From: Marsupella aquatica
Lineage: Eukaryota; Plantae; Marchantiophyta
Assembly: GCA_973895155.1 (NCBI GenBank)
Contig: OZ316892.1
Location: 23,103,168-23,167,167, forward strand
Reading direction: 5' to 3'
DNA: 64,000 bases
How positions within the stretch are numbered: position 1 is the first letter of the stretch; the number at the start of each line of letters is the position of its first letter. This document shows positions 35,600 through 48,751 of this stretch, piece after piece. Below the pieces are notes generated by a model, which saw nothing but the letters and a program-made list of their open reading frames with translations, did no database searches and was not told where the DNA came from. Made by a program: the position numbers and the translations under genes.

Positions 35600-38500
35600 T
35601 TTCCTCGCATAGTGGCCTTGACTCAAGCATAACTGTCTCGTATCAGAGTTCCTAAAAATCTCCATCCCTAAGATCTTCTTGGCCTTACCAAGATCCTTCA
35701 TCCTTCATCCTGAATTCAACACTTAATTTTGCCTTGATACTGTCAACCTCAGATTGATCTTTAGCCACAATCAACATGTCATCCACATAGATAACCAGTC
35801 AGAATGATGAAACCAAACACATCATTCTTGACTGATTTTGTATACACACAAAGATCATACACCATCCTTGTAAAACCTTGAGCAAGCATGAAATCATCAA
35901 ACCGCTTGTTCCACTGCCTGGGAGACTGCTTCAATCCATACAAGGACTTGAGCAATCTGCAAACTAAGTTCTCTTGGCCCTTCTTCATAAAGCCTAGTGG
36001 CTGTCTCATGAAGATCATCTCTTCCAAGTTGCCATAGAGAAAAGCAGTAACAACATCCATCTGATCCATCACCAGACCAAAAAACACAACAAACTGACAC
36101 AAGATCCGAATTGTGGAATACTTAGCCACCAGTGAAAAGACCTCCTTGTAGTCCACTCCTTTCTCCTAAGTGAACCCCTTGGCAACAAGCCTTGCCTTGT
36201 AGATCTTATCTCCACCCTTTGAAGGACTGTCCTTCAACTTGTAAATCCAATTGCTGTCCACCACTTGCTGACCTCTTGGAAGCTCCACCAGCTCCCATGT
36301 CTTGTTGTCACTCAAAGATTGCAACTCTCTCTGCATTGCTGCATCCCACTCATGCTTCTGCTCTAAAGCACAAGCCTCACTATACGAAGAAGGCTCTCCT
36401 TCTTCCAAGATCAAAGTCATGTCATCATCATCAGGTGCAATGTCAATATCATCTAGCTTAGATGAGTCTGCCCGTTGACCATACCTGGTAGGAGCTCTAG
36501 TAGAACGACTGGAAGTTCTTCTAGTAGATGACTCAAGCTAATCTACTGCTGCTGCTGGCTGAATTTGAGGTACCCCAACAACAATCTGCTTCTCTTATTC
36601 CATCATAGGAACCAGCTCCAAGCCCATAGCTTCTCCATCACTCCTGTCATGAACAACATCATGACTAATCTCCCCCTCAACCCAGTCCGGGATGAGAGAT
36701 TTCCCCTTGTCAGTATGGGAGTCTTGAGAACTCTCCCCCTCCTTTGATGATCTGGACTCATTAAAGGACACATCTCTACTGACAATTAGCTTATAGGTTA
36801 CTGGATCCCATAACCTATAACCCTTCAGACCTTTTTGATAGCCAAGGAAAATGCACTTCTTCGACTTGAAGGTGTAAGCACATACGCATCACATCCAAAA
36901 ATCCTCAGATGTGAGTAATCTGTTGGACGCCCGTACCTCATTTCAAATGGTGTCTTGAATCCAATAGAACTAGATGGAGAAAAATTTACCAAATAAGCTG
37001 TAGTGTTGACAACTTCAGCCCAAAACTCATGTGGTAAGCATGATTGACTCAACATACTCCTCGAGCGGTCCAATAGTGTTCGGTTGAGTCTCTCAAAAAC
37101 ACCATTTTGCTGAGGAGTATAACTTGTTGTGAGATGGCGGGTGATCCCCTGCTCCTTACAATACATTCCAAATTCCCCAGAACTGTATTCACCGTCGTTA
37201 TCCGATCGAAGATATCTCACCTTTTTACCAGTCTGATTCTCAACTTGGGCTTTCCACTCCTTAAAAGTGGCAAAAACATCAGACTTACTGTGTAGAAAGT
37301 ATATCCACACATACCTTGAATAATCGTCTATGAAGGTGACATAGTATAACCATCCAGAATGTGAGGGAGTAGGGCCTGGACCCCACACATCACTATGTAC
37401 ATACTCAAGTACCTCCTTGCTAGTGTGAGTTCCAACTCCGAAGGGTTTTCTGTGCTGCTTTCCAAGCACACAGTGCTCACAAAATTCCAACTTACAAGAT
37501 TGCAAATTAGAAAGTAATAATTTCTTCGGAAGTATAAGCAAACCTTTTTCACTCATGTGGCCCAAACGGAAGTGCCACAACCGGGCCGTCTCCTCATGAG
37601 ATAAGGTTACATTGGCTTCATCACAGACTACATTGCCCTCCAAAATATATAGATTGTTATGTCTCTTTCCCTTCAATACAACTTTAGTATCAGTTGAAAC
37701 CTGAAGGACACCATTAGCAGAACTCCAATGATGGCCATTTGCCTCTAAAACTCCAAGTGAAATGAGATTTTTCATCATGCTGGGAATGTGTCTCACATTC
37801 CTCAACGTTCTTACAGCATCATCAAACATCTAAAATCTAACAGATCCAAGTCCAACTACTTGACATGGTTTTCCATTTCCCATCAACACTGACCAGTTGG
37901 AAACCGTGTAAGAACTGAAAAAATCTCTCCTAGAGCAAATGTGAAAAGTACATGCACTATCTAGAATCCAGTCATCACTACTTGGATTTGACACTATGTT
38001 GAGAGCATAACCTTGGCATCACAATATGTCATCATCATCGAGTAAATCTACCTCATGCAAACTCGATGCCGCGTTAGCAGATGCAGTAGGGTTCTTTACT
38101 CGACAATCCCTTTTCATGTGGCCTGGCTTGCCACAATTTCAACATGCAAGAGGCTTCCTCTCTTGCGATTTCCCTTTGGATTTAGATCTCCCCCGTGATG
38201 TAGATCTAAATCTGTTCTGGCCATTCGTGCGTTGCGCTGCTCTTCCCCGATTCACGTTCAGCGCAGTGCCAGAAGTAGATGCTGTCTGTGATTGACCCAG
38301 CTTCTTCTGAGCATCATCAGACGGCAAGGAGCTCACCACCTCATTATACAAAATGGACTTCAGATCTCTATACAAGAGCACCTGTTTCAAGCCCTGATAT
38401 GACGGCGGTAAGGAGCTTAGCAGAAGCAAGGCCTTATCCTCATGTTCAACTCCTTTTCCCAAGTTTGACAAATCCACCGCTAGACTGTCAAACTCATCCA

Positions 38501-39083
38501 AGTGATCCTGCATCTTGCTCCCTTCCTTGAGTCTAAGGCTCATCAAGAGAGACTTCTTGTACAGCCGGTCTGACACATCTTCCCGGTAGTACTTCTCTCT
38601 TAGAGCCTTGAACAGTGATGCACAATCCGCATAATCATCCAGCTGCTTGATGATGTACGGCTTGAGATAAAGCATCACTGCATTGATAGCAATCACCTGC
38701 TCCTGTCTCCATTGCTTCTCTGAGATCTCCTCTTCTCCATCATACTGCTCTCGCGAAGAGAGTAGATGAGCTAAGCCCATGGCCCGTAGAACACCCTTCA
38801 CTTGCTTCTCCCACAACAAGTAGTCAGTACGACCATCATACTTCTCCACCTCAAACTTCACTCCTCCAAATCTAGCCATCTCCCTCTTCTTTCCTACTAC
38901 CGACAGCTCTGGTAGTAGTACAGCTTCCTCCACTGCTCGTCGCACCGGTGATCGTACCGATGTCACTAGTTCCTCCTCAAACGGTAGCAGCTCCTCCTCA
39001 GACTCTCCGTCTGACCGTCGCGATCCTGAAGCTCCACCGACACCAATTCTTCTAGTATCCTCCGAGTCACTCATATGAAACAA
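35600..39083 (-). pseudogene. Copia gag, protease, integrase and RT N-terminus
   Basis: FEVEKYDG..YLLW, LLSSLP, CxxCGKPGHMKRDC, WILDSACTFH, LWHFRLGH, HSDVWGP, FIDDYSR, LRSDN, PQQNG, YKARLVAKGF, QMDVVTAFL, SLYGLKQSPRQW. Several stops and frameshifts. Confidence 0.93.
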
Positions 39084-40873
39084 TCACAAAAAAACGTCTT
39101 TTTTTGAAACTTCTCATAAAACTCAAAACTCAACACCGCCGCGTAGCCCATGAAGCTAGGAGTCCAATACTGAAAGCCAAAATCAAAATCAAAATTCAAC
39201 GGAAAAGTTATTCAAATTTTGGTTGGGGTGGGTAAAACCTTGGGAAACTCCCCCATTTTGACCACCTCAGGGAATAACCAAAATACCCAGTACAACCCGT
39301 CGTCAGAATCGTGATGTGATTGGTGCGCCGCGTTGCTAACTTCAATGGCTACGACCTCGCCGAAAAAGAACCAAAAAAGTTACCGTTCGGCGGACAAAAT
39401 TTTTGTCGGACGGCCAAAAAATAGCTCTCTATTTTTTGGGAATATTCTCGCATAGTCCGACAGGTCTCACAAGGGGCCGTTCCCCCTGTCCAAGCAGTTG
39501 AAATGCACGGTCACCAGTCCCGGGAAAGCCAATAGCATCAAACCGGGGAAAAAACCAAAAAAGGGCCCTTAAAAAGGGGGGTTTAAGCCCCTTTATCCAA
39601 AAATACTGTGTATAAGGGCCGGGACCCAAAGGGCGTACGACCGGGGGCGTACCTGGGAGGCTGCGTACGCAACCAAGTACGCTGAGAGGGAAAGAAACGG
39701 CGCGGGGTGGGGAGGAGGGTGACCGGCGGCAGCAGCCGGTCGTCGCGAGGCGGAGGAGGGGAGAGCGAGTCATGAAGGACTCGTGAAGGGCCGAAGCGTG
39801 CGGGAGGAAAAAAACGGGCGAAGCAGCAGCCGTGTACTGTGCGAGGCAGACGCAGGGTGGGCGGCTGTTTTTGCGCCGGCCGGCGCTCCAAAAACAGTCG
39901 CATCAAGGGAAAGCCGGGTACTGAAAGGGGATGCAAGAGGTAGTGTAGTGGGTATGGGCGGCCGGGGTACACACTGAAAAAAATCACACTAAAGTAACCA
40001 AAAAAATTGCCACTAAAAGTGAGAAAATCCCAAGTTTTTGAGTAGCGGAAGCGTGGTGGGCCCATAACCCAGGGGAGTATCAGGGTCGGGAGGGGGGGGG
40101 GAAGTTCGTGTGTATACACACACGATTGTGTGTATAAGCACACACAAGGGGTTAAACCCCTTTAAAAGCAAAAATGACCCCCCCGGGAAAACAAAATGAA
40201 AAACTCACCTTGATAAGCCGCTGTTTGAGACAAGGAAAGTGAATGCCGCCGACGGTAAAAGTGGTCAAATTTCACCGGCACAATCTGTTGCTCCAGCAGA
40301 GTAAATTATTTCCGCCGCGTGGCCTTCACTCCGCGTCAAGTACCAATCCCGGGCTCAAAACGGCCGCCTCGCCGCAATCAAACCGTTGAGCTGTGGCACT
40401 TCGAGTCTCTTCCACCGAGTCGGACGTCACAAAGAGAAACCCGGTTCAGATGGGAACAAGCTCCATAGCTTGTGAAAAAACCTGAACGCCTCCTTCACTC
40501 GTCACGTCGCACTCGGTAACAACTCGGCAGCAATCCAACTACCGAAACGACCAGCTTGCTTCAACCTTCAACTTGAGCTATAATGTGCGATCCCTCCTGC
40601 ACCGCACAGCTCACACCGTTGAAAAACGCAAACTCTGGTCTCTCCCCCGAAAACCTGTCAAACATGAATAAAACCCTGAACGATGCAAACTTTGATTCCT
40701 CCACACCACAGATACCGATCAGCGAGTTCTAACCACCGTTAGAAAGCCCTCTCACTAACCTATCCGCTCAGCCACACACATTTGAGTTTCATGCGATGAA
40801 ACTCCGAATGTACCACCGACAATGAACGCTGGAAAAAACCTGTCACGAAAAAACCTCGTCACCTCCCAGGCAT

Positions 40874-40885
40874 GCTCTGATACCA
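40874..40885 (-). promoter_or_regulatory. Primer-binding site complementary to initiator tRNA-Met
   Basis: The minus strand reads TGGTATCAGAGC, 2 nt inside the 5' LTR. Confidence 0.9.
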
Positions 40886-40887
40886 CT

Positions 40888-41230
40888 TGTTGAGCATAGA
40901 CGACATTCGCAACGGCAAGCCCATGAAGCATCCAATGCACAAGAGTCAACATAGAGAGATACGTGGTTCACCTCCACATGAGGCTACGTCCACGGGAACA
41001 CACAAGAGCTTTACTGCACTCTAGGCCGACCGGCCATACCAAGTATCCATAGCACAAGCTCTCCCTATCTCTCAACTAGCCCCGTAACAATGAGCCTAAG
41101 TTCCACAGGGTCTGGCATCAGCCCTGGCTTAATGCACAACAACACTACCGCTAACATTAGCTAAGTCCTAACCCAAGTTAACCTAACTGTGGTTAGCTCA
41201 TGAGTCATAAGACTAGAGCAATATCTAACA
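40888..41230 (-). repeat. Copia 5' LTR
   Basis: Direct repeat of 14916-15259, followed by TSD GAATG. Confidence 0.95.
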
Positions 41231-41541
41231 GAATGGTCACAACTTTCTCGCAAGGTTACGAAAAAGATTTTTTGTTTTTTCTTTCACTAGATTCTAGAGT
41301 GACTAATGGTAATGGCATATGGCCTATCCTTATGGCAAAAAGTTATGGAGTGTGAATTTTATAATCCGTAACTTTTTGTGTCCATAAGCTGTAACTAGGG
41401 AGTAAAGCTCCATCAAATTTCCAACTTGAGACTCCCTATTGAACAGCCCAATGGATTCCATCACCTTGGGTTGGATTCACTCACCACCACTACTGGTTGG
41501 CTAGGGTTAAGTCACTCAAGATGTTACTAAACAAAGTTCCA

Positions 41542-42267
41542 TCTTACTTATAAAATGCCAATTACAAACTAGAGTTGGGGCCTAGGTTTCTAGAGTGAAG
41601 CCTCTAGACGGTAACTCCATGGTTCATGATGTGGATGGGAAAACTCAGGACTATGATGTAAGTCAAATGATAATCATATATCTTTTTTGTCATGATTTCT
41701 ATTTATATTAAAAAATGAGCACTATGGCCCCCATAACATATGTGCATCTTATTATAAAAGCGGAGACTCAAGTCTACTTTTAAAAGCCTAGGTCTAGAGT
41801 GAAGCCTCTAGACCTTAACTCTATGACCATCATGTGCATGGGAGAAACTCATAACATGACTATGATCTGTGTACATGTCAATTTTTGGTGATAATTTCTA
41901 TAGGCACTATGGCCCCACCACAACATATAGAAGATAGATGTGCATACAAAAAATACTCATGTGCACATAAAAAAGAATATATGATTATTAAAATGATAAT
42001 TTTTTTATCATTTTATTAACCTTCAAAGAATATAAATAGAGAATATATTTTGATAATTTTTTATTGTCCTCTCTTCTATTTACGTTCAAAGAACAGGTAA
42101 TCAAGGCTAGTAGAAAAGAATATGATATATTATATATGATTATTAAAATAGTAACATATATGATAATTTTTTAATCAGTTCATTAACTTAAAAATTATGA
42201 ATAATAAATATATTTTGGTGACATTTTTATTGTAATTCACTTTCAAAGAAGGGATAGTGGAGGCTAG
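41542..42267 (+). mobile_element. Non-autonomous Helitron-like insertion upstream of HNL2
   Basis: Begins TC(TTACTTATAAAA), ends CTAG, inserted between A and T with no TSD. The paralogous site (~3970, 'gtccca|ttctgttaa') is empty. Confidence 0.7.
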
Positions 42268-42796
42268 TTCTGTTAATTAATATAAAAAGCTAGCAAAGTA
42301 CTATATTTCAGGAAAAAAAAGGCTTCACTCCACTAAAACACAAAATTATATTCCTGTTACTTTGCGTGTTGACTGAGGAGACCAATACCACGAGCGCAGA
42401 AGCTCCTTTCCGTCCAAGAACAACTCCAAAACCCACACCCGCACTTTGCCCAGACGAAGACACAATCTTCGATTGCGCGAAATTACTTCAGACGAGATTG
42501 GCCGTGTCTTTGGTTCTCTGCAAATTATTGGTGCTCGGTTTCAGATTTTCATCGGAAGGCAGCAGTCATCTCCCCCCGTGAATTGAATGCCACCTAAGAT
42601 GTCAAGACCAACGCCACAACACAGGCATAGCAACTTGCGAGCGCTTTGGCAAAGCCGATCCTTCCTTTTTTCCAAATTTCCATGACGCAATTCGAAGTGC
42701 TGTTAACCCGATTGGTGTGCCCTGGAGAATTGTGGATGGGGCTCCAACGACTATTTCCCCCGTCCATTTCTTCGGCCGGCACAAGTCATTGAGAAG

Positions 42797-45700
42797 ATGG
42801 GCCTGGACGCTGAAGCTGCTTTGAGTTCTCTCCTCGCCCTGTGGAAAAGGGCGCGGCAGAGGCTACAGTCTTCTAATGAAGCTCCAGCTTCCCAGTTGAT
42901 TCTGCCGGAGTCAAGAAAGCCAGCTAAAAAGGTTTGCAGTATGCCCTCCTCCCGCTATGCAGGAAGGTTCAGGAAAAAGTTGAAGCTTGGTTCCGTTTTG
43001 ATTGGCCAAAATTGTATGTGATCTCCCGCTATACAGGAAGGTTCAGGAAAAAAATTGAAGCTCGGTTCCGTTTTGATTTGCCAAAATTGTATGTGATCTC
43101 CCGCTATACAGGAAGGTTCAGGAAAAAATTGAAGCTTGGTTCCGTTTTGATTGGCCAAAATTGTATGTGATCTTCCGCTATACAGGAAGGTTCAGGAAAA
43201 AATTGAAGCTCGGTTCCGTTTTGATTTGCCAAAATTGTATGTGATCTCTCTGATCATTAGATTTACCCATATTGTCTCTGATCTGTCTGATCGTGTGTCT
43301 TGTTTCTTACTAATAATCAGGATCCGCGTGACCTGCAGATCAATGAGATGGTGTACCTTGTGCATGAGCCTCCGGACAAGCCACAACTGGAAGTTGTCTT
43401 CTTCCACGGCCTTGAGCTCAAGCATACCGGACAGGCGCATGTCGCAACTTGGATGTCTCGTGATGACTCCGAATTTTGGCTGCAAACTTGGTTACATGAA
43501 TCATTTCCCGATGCTAGAATCCTGACTATCTCCTATGACTCTTCTGGAGCCCTCGACATGTTTCTCACAGCAGAGAATTTGTTGTCTTCGCTAACTATGA
43601 ATGGAGGTGATGTCGGAAAGGCCGGCTGCCCAGTGATATTTGTAGGGCATTGCCTAGGAGGTTTGATAATCAAGGAGCTTTGCTTATTTGCATCCGATAC
43701 AATAAGTCGGAACAGTCGGGAAAAGTTGGGAGTACAACGAGTTCATGACCTCTTTTCCAATCTGAAAGGAATGTTTTTTTTGGGGACTCCTCAGACAGGA
43801 TCAGTGCTCGGTGACCTGTTGCACGATTTATTCGAAGGCGAAGGGGCACCCATTGAAGAGATAGAGACTCTGAAAGCGTCTAGTGCAAGAAGAAACGAAC
43901 ACTTCAATGACTTGAAGTCACTCCACAAGTGGGCTACTTTTGGAATAGGCGAAACACGTGAGACTGATTTGGTAAGACTTGTTTAGATAAAACTTTTGGG
44001 ATGCAATGGTTGGTTGGGTGTTTTTTTTACCTGATATCGTCTGAACTGGGGAATCTTTCTAATGTATAGATTAGCTTACAATCACTTTTGGACATCCATC
44101 GCATTAAGGTGGCAGGGCAGATGAGTTCTGTGGCCTTATTTATTTGAGCTTCCGAGTTCCTTAGTAGATATGCTAGTTAGACGAGGAGAATTTATTGACG
44201 TGTGAGCTATTCTTTTTTGGAATTGTTTACGTATATCTAATGAGGCGGGTTTGCTCTGGACCTTTATACTGACTCTCTACTTTCTCGTTTACAGAAAATA
44301 CTAAGAAAATGTGTCCATGTGAGTCCCGAAGCCTCAACAAGACCATATATGGATGGATATTACTCTGTTGATGCAGATCATTATGACATTTGCAAACCAA
44401 AGGGGAAGGATGATAGTATATTTCTTCACCTTGCACAATTTCTAACAGAGGTAAACATTTTCAACAGACATGGCATTAATTTTTGAGTGATTGGTCTTGC
44501 AAGTGCATGTTGGTAAGAATCAACAGAGAGTTTGTTGTAGGAAGGCTTGAGGTTTAGTGATGGGGTCGGGTTGATTATGTACAGTCTCTCTCGTCAGTGT
44601 TGTAGTCCATCGGTTGACGTACTTCCACGCACACGATAGTTGCACGGACGTGTTTTGGTCCTCCAATTGGCTATCGTTTAGGCTGGTTTCTATATGTTAA
44701 ATAAATTTCAATCAGGCAGACGTTCCAATCACGACAACAATTGAAGTTCATCACTAGTTTGACTCTGTCTAATAGAGGTGTCCTTGTTTGGAAAATGGAA
44801 ACATCAGATGAAAAGAGGCGGAGTACTTGAAGCAGGAGTTAAGGCAGACATCATGAGCGGTCGAGAATATGTTGTAGATCAGGAAGGCCGTGCCGAAAAG
44901 TTAGAAGAGCAGTTAGCCCAGCCAGGTATCCACACAGTCTTCGTACTTGGTTTGAGCGGTGTTGGGAAAACGACTTTAGCTCAGCAGGTCTTTCACAACA
45001 TTAGTCACCGTTATGAAGTCATGTGCTTTGTATCTTTCGACAACATGAATCCAACTTCAAGTCATGGAGAAGTTAATGAACAGGTTGTGAAAGAGCAGGT
45101 GGTAGCAAGGATTGTAACACAACTGGGAGAAGTGGACAGTGGATTCGAGCAGAATAGGAGCAGAATGATTTATCGTCTGAAGGGAAGGAAGTTGCTAATG
45201 GTTCTAGACAATGTGGACTTACTAGTCCAACTGAAGGCGTTGTCCACTGAGGAGTGGCTAGAAACAAGCTCAAGCAAACTTCTCATCACCACCAACAACC
45301 CCAGGGTCATCAGCCATACTAGTACCGTTTTTGAGGTTAAATACCTGAGTGAAAGCGAATCAAAAGAATTGTTCAATCACTACGCTTTCAACGGTGAAGA
45401 CGGACCGGATCATTTGAAAGACGTCATCCAGCAAGTGATAGATAAATGCGAGAATCATCCGCTATCTTTAAAAGTTCTGGGCGGTTTTATCGGAAATATG
45501 GGTTACCATGACAACGAGGAATGGTGGTTGGAAATTGTCCGTAAGCTCCAGAGGGCCGAAGAAGTAGATGGTGGCCGTGACTGTAAAATTTTCGGCAAGT
45601 TGAAGCTGTGCTATGATAATCTTCCGCATACTGAACAAGAAATGTTCCTGGACATCGCTACATCCTTTCACGACCGTCCGTTGTCCTGGGCGGAGGCGTT

Positions 45701-48700
45701 CTGGAAGGCCCGTTGGGGTTCGACGGAACTACCACAGGCGAATTTGCAGCGACGGTATCTTTTTAGTATAAAGTGGGGTGCCATAAAGATGCACCAACTG
45801 TTGAGAAATCTTGGACAGAGTATAGCATGTCCCTCGGGAACAAGTATCGATGAATGGAAACGAATACCTGAATCATCTTCGCGATGGGAAGAGATTGAAG
45901 AAATAGAGGTACTAATTCTACTCTGTAGACGCGATATCCTCTTTTGTTGAAAATACTTGTATTCTCCTTCCAGATGTTGAGATTTTGGTGATAGGTAGAA
46001 AACATGGCTAGTTCTAGTCCTCATGTGAACTAAGAACATTGGAATGATTTCATCATACAGGGGAAAATCGAGACATCGTTTCTGCAGGTTCAATTTTTGA
46101 CAATGAAGAATATAATGCTTCAGGAAAGGTCCTTCCTGAAATATCATCGTCTTCAATACTTGATACTGGATTTTTTGTTCGTGACAATACCGGAGAGACT
46201 GGAACTTCCTAGATCCTTGGTGTTTTTGAGTTTGGAGCACGGGTCATTTACCGTTTGCCCTGTGGATTTCACCAGCTTGAGAAAATTGGTGGTTCTTGAA
46301 CTTACAAATTGCAAATCCATGGAACTCCTTGCCGCTAATCTCGAGAATGTGAAGGAGCTCACGAGGTTGGAACTTGGAGGTTGCAAAAAATTGAGAGAGC
46401 TGCCTTCGGGATTATCCAGAAAACTCGAGTACTTGGGCGTGCAAGGGACTGCCCTGGAGAAGCTACCGGAGGACCTTGGGAGGTCAATAAAACTCACTCG
46501 CTTGGAGGTTCGCTCGCCGCAGTTAACACGAGTTCCTGAAGGTTTAGGCCAACTGGGTTCATTATCGGAGCTTGATTTATCTTTCACAAGCTTGACCAGC
46601 CTGCCCGAGTCCATTGGCCGTCTCAAAAAATTGGAACGGTTGGATTTGAGATCGACATTGTTGAGTTCTTTGCCAGACAGCATATGCGGGCTCCAGTTAA
46701 TGGGAAGTTTCCAGGTATCAAACACAAGGTTAGCGGCGCTGCCTGAAAACATCGGTCGGCTGGTGAAGTTGACGACATTAGACTTGCACGAAACGTGCTT
46801 GAAGTGCCTTCCTGAGTCAGTGGGGGAACTTTGTGAGCTGACTAAGCTGGACTTGCACAACACCTCGTTACAATCTCTACCGAATTCCATCGGTCGGCTG
46901 GTGAAGTTGACGACATTAGACTTGCACAACACCCCGTTACAATCTCTACCGAATTCCATCGGTCGGCTGGTGAAGTTGACGACATTAGACTTGCACGAAA
47001 CGTGTGTGAAGTGCCTTCCTGAGTCAGTGGGGGACCTCTGTAACCTGACCTTTTTGGGTCTGGACTACACTCCGTTAGAAACTTTACCGGATTCCATCGG
47101 TGGGCTTATAAGCTTGGAGGGATTAGTTTTGCACAAGACGTGTTTGAAGTGCATTCCTGAGTCAGTGGGGAACCTCTGTCAGCTGAGGACGCTGGACGTG
47201 CACAACACTCCGTTACAATCTGTGCCGAATTCCATCGGTCGGCTTATAAACTTGGAGGTATTAGACTTGCGCGAAACGTGTGTGAAGTGCCTACCTCAGT
47301 CAGTGGGGGACCTCTGTAACCTGACGATTCTGAATCTGGACTACACTCCGTTAGAAACTGTACCGGATTCCATCGGTAAACTGCAATCTCTATGGTCCTT
47401 GTCTGTGCGTGGCACTCAGCTAAGGACGCTTCCAAGGACCATAGGAGATCTTAGTGTGTGTACGTTGATGGTAAGTTCGACCAAATGGAGGGCATGGCCG
47501 TCGTCCGTCGCATTGTTAAAAGTAGATGTGCTTGAAGCACCAATTAGCTCAATTCGGTCTACTTGTGAAGCAGCTTCGGCGGCTGAGGGAGTTGAAGGTG
47601 AAACAGAAGACGGTCTTCCATCAAATCTGACGTCAGAGCAGGAGGATGGCCAAGGCGAAGAAACTGATGCATCCTCTTCCGGCTCAGAAGAGATGGAAGA
47701 TGAAGAAGAAGAGGTTTCCCTCTTTGAAACGGACGCGGCATTCATATTCAAGATATATTCTCCTGCCTTTCAGGATGTATCTTGCCTAATATTAAATGGC
47801 AGACGTTGCCAGCAATCGTGGCTTCAGCCCCTGTTTCGTGCAATGCAGCAGCGAAGGCCATCATACCTCGAGCATCTGCGTTTGGAAGACTTCGTCCTGG
47901 CAGAGGAGATCCCTTGTGACATCGGAACATTGACGAGTTTACAGACCTTGGCTTTGTCCGGTTGGAGCAGACTTCTGGAGTTGCCCCAGTCCTTGGGCCA
48001 GCTACATGCCCTGGAGACTCTACACTTATCAAACAATCCAAAATTACACAAACTGCCCGAATGTTTGAGTTCCTTGCCCGCCTTCCGAGAGCTCGACATC
48101 CGGCAGTGCGGGAGTTTGCAGAGCATGCCGCGCTCGTTCAGCCGGGAGTCTCCACTCCACAAACACTATTCGATGGATGCTCCGGGGAGCTCATCGTCGT
48201 CTGTAGTTTCTGATTCATGGAGAGTATTGGAATCCTTCTTAATGTGTTGCGGGAAGCTCGTCCCACGTCGTTTGGACTACGTAGTTGAGTGCAACAAATT
48301 CGCAATCGCACAGGAGAGAGTGTTCAGAGCTCAGAATGGTGGGGTTGATCAGCTAGACAAGGAGGTGTTCAAGGAGCTATTCACCGAAGCGAATGGGCAT
48401 CGTTGTAGATGGGACAGTGAGGATCGTAGTCTAGATGGAGAGCCTAAAAAGAGTAGTAGGCCTTCCACTTCTTCATCGGTATCTTGTGGGTCGGAGAGCA
48501 AACAAAGAGCTGACCCGGATCTAGATCAATTCCTCAGACTTTTTTGCATGGCCGGTTGTGATTCACACAGGGGTGGAATAGAGGTCACTCTATTCTCTTT
48601 GGGCTACGTGTGGACAGGGAAACCATTGTGGGGACCTGAAGGTGCCCCATTATTGTGGGACGGCGGAGGTGCATTTTTCAAAACCCCTGGCAATGCTTCT

Positions 48701-48751
48701 TACACAAACCCCACCCAACAGTGGGCTTTTTTACACTTGGAAGGGAAATGA
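42797..48751 (+). CDS. alpha/beta-hydrolase-NB-ARC-LRR (HNL) immune receptor, copy 2; predicted exons 42797-42931, 43321-43971, 44295-44450, 44808-45908, 46061-48751
   Basis: Same exon structure and phases as copy 1, open frames, same hydrolase, NB-ARC and LRR motifs, shorter LRR array. Confidence 0.9.
42948..43248 (+). repeat. ~75-bp tandem repeat x4 in HNL2 intron 1
   Basis: Same unit as 4655-4881 with one extra copy. Confidence 0.85.

Larger units (their letters stand above)
14916..41230 (-). mobile_element. Ty1/Copia LTR retrotransposon (degenerate), interrupted by a CACTA element
   Basis: LTRs at 14916-15259 and 40888-41230 (TG..CA; about 15 substitutions plus 1 indel by eye). TSD GAATG at 14911-14915 and 41231-41235. 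PBS and PPT present. Domain order gag-PR-IN-RT-RH on the minus strand. Confidence 0.95.
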
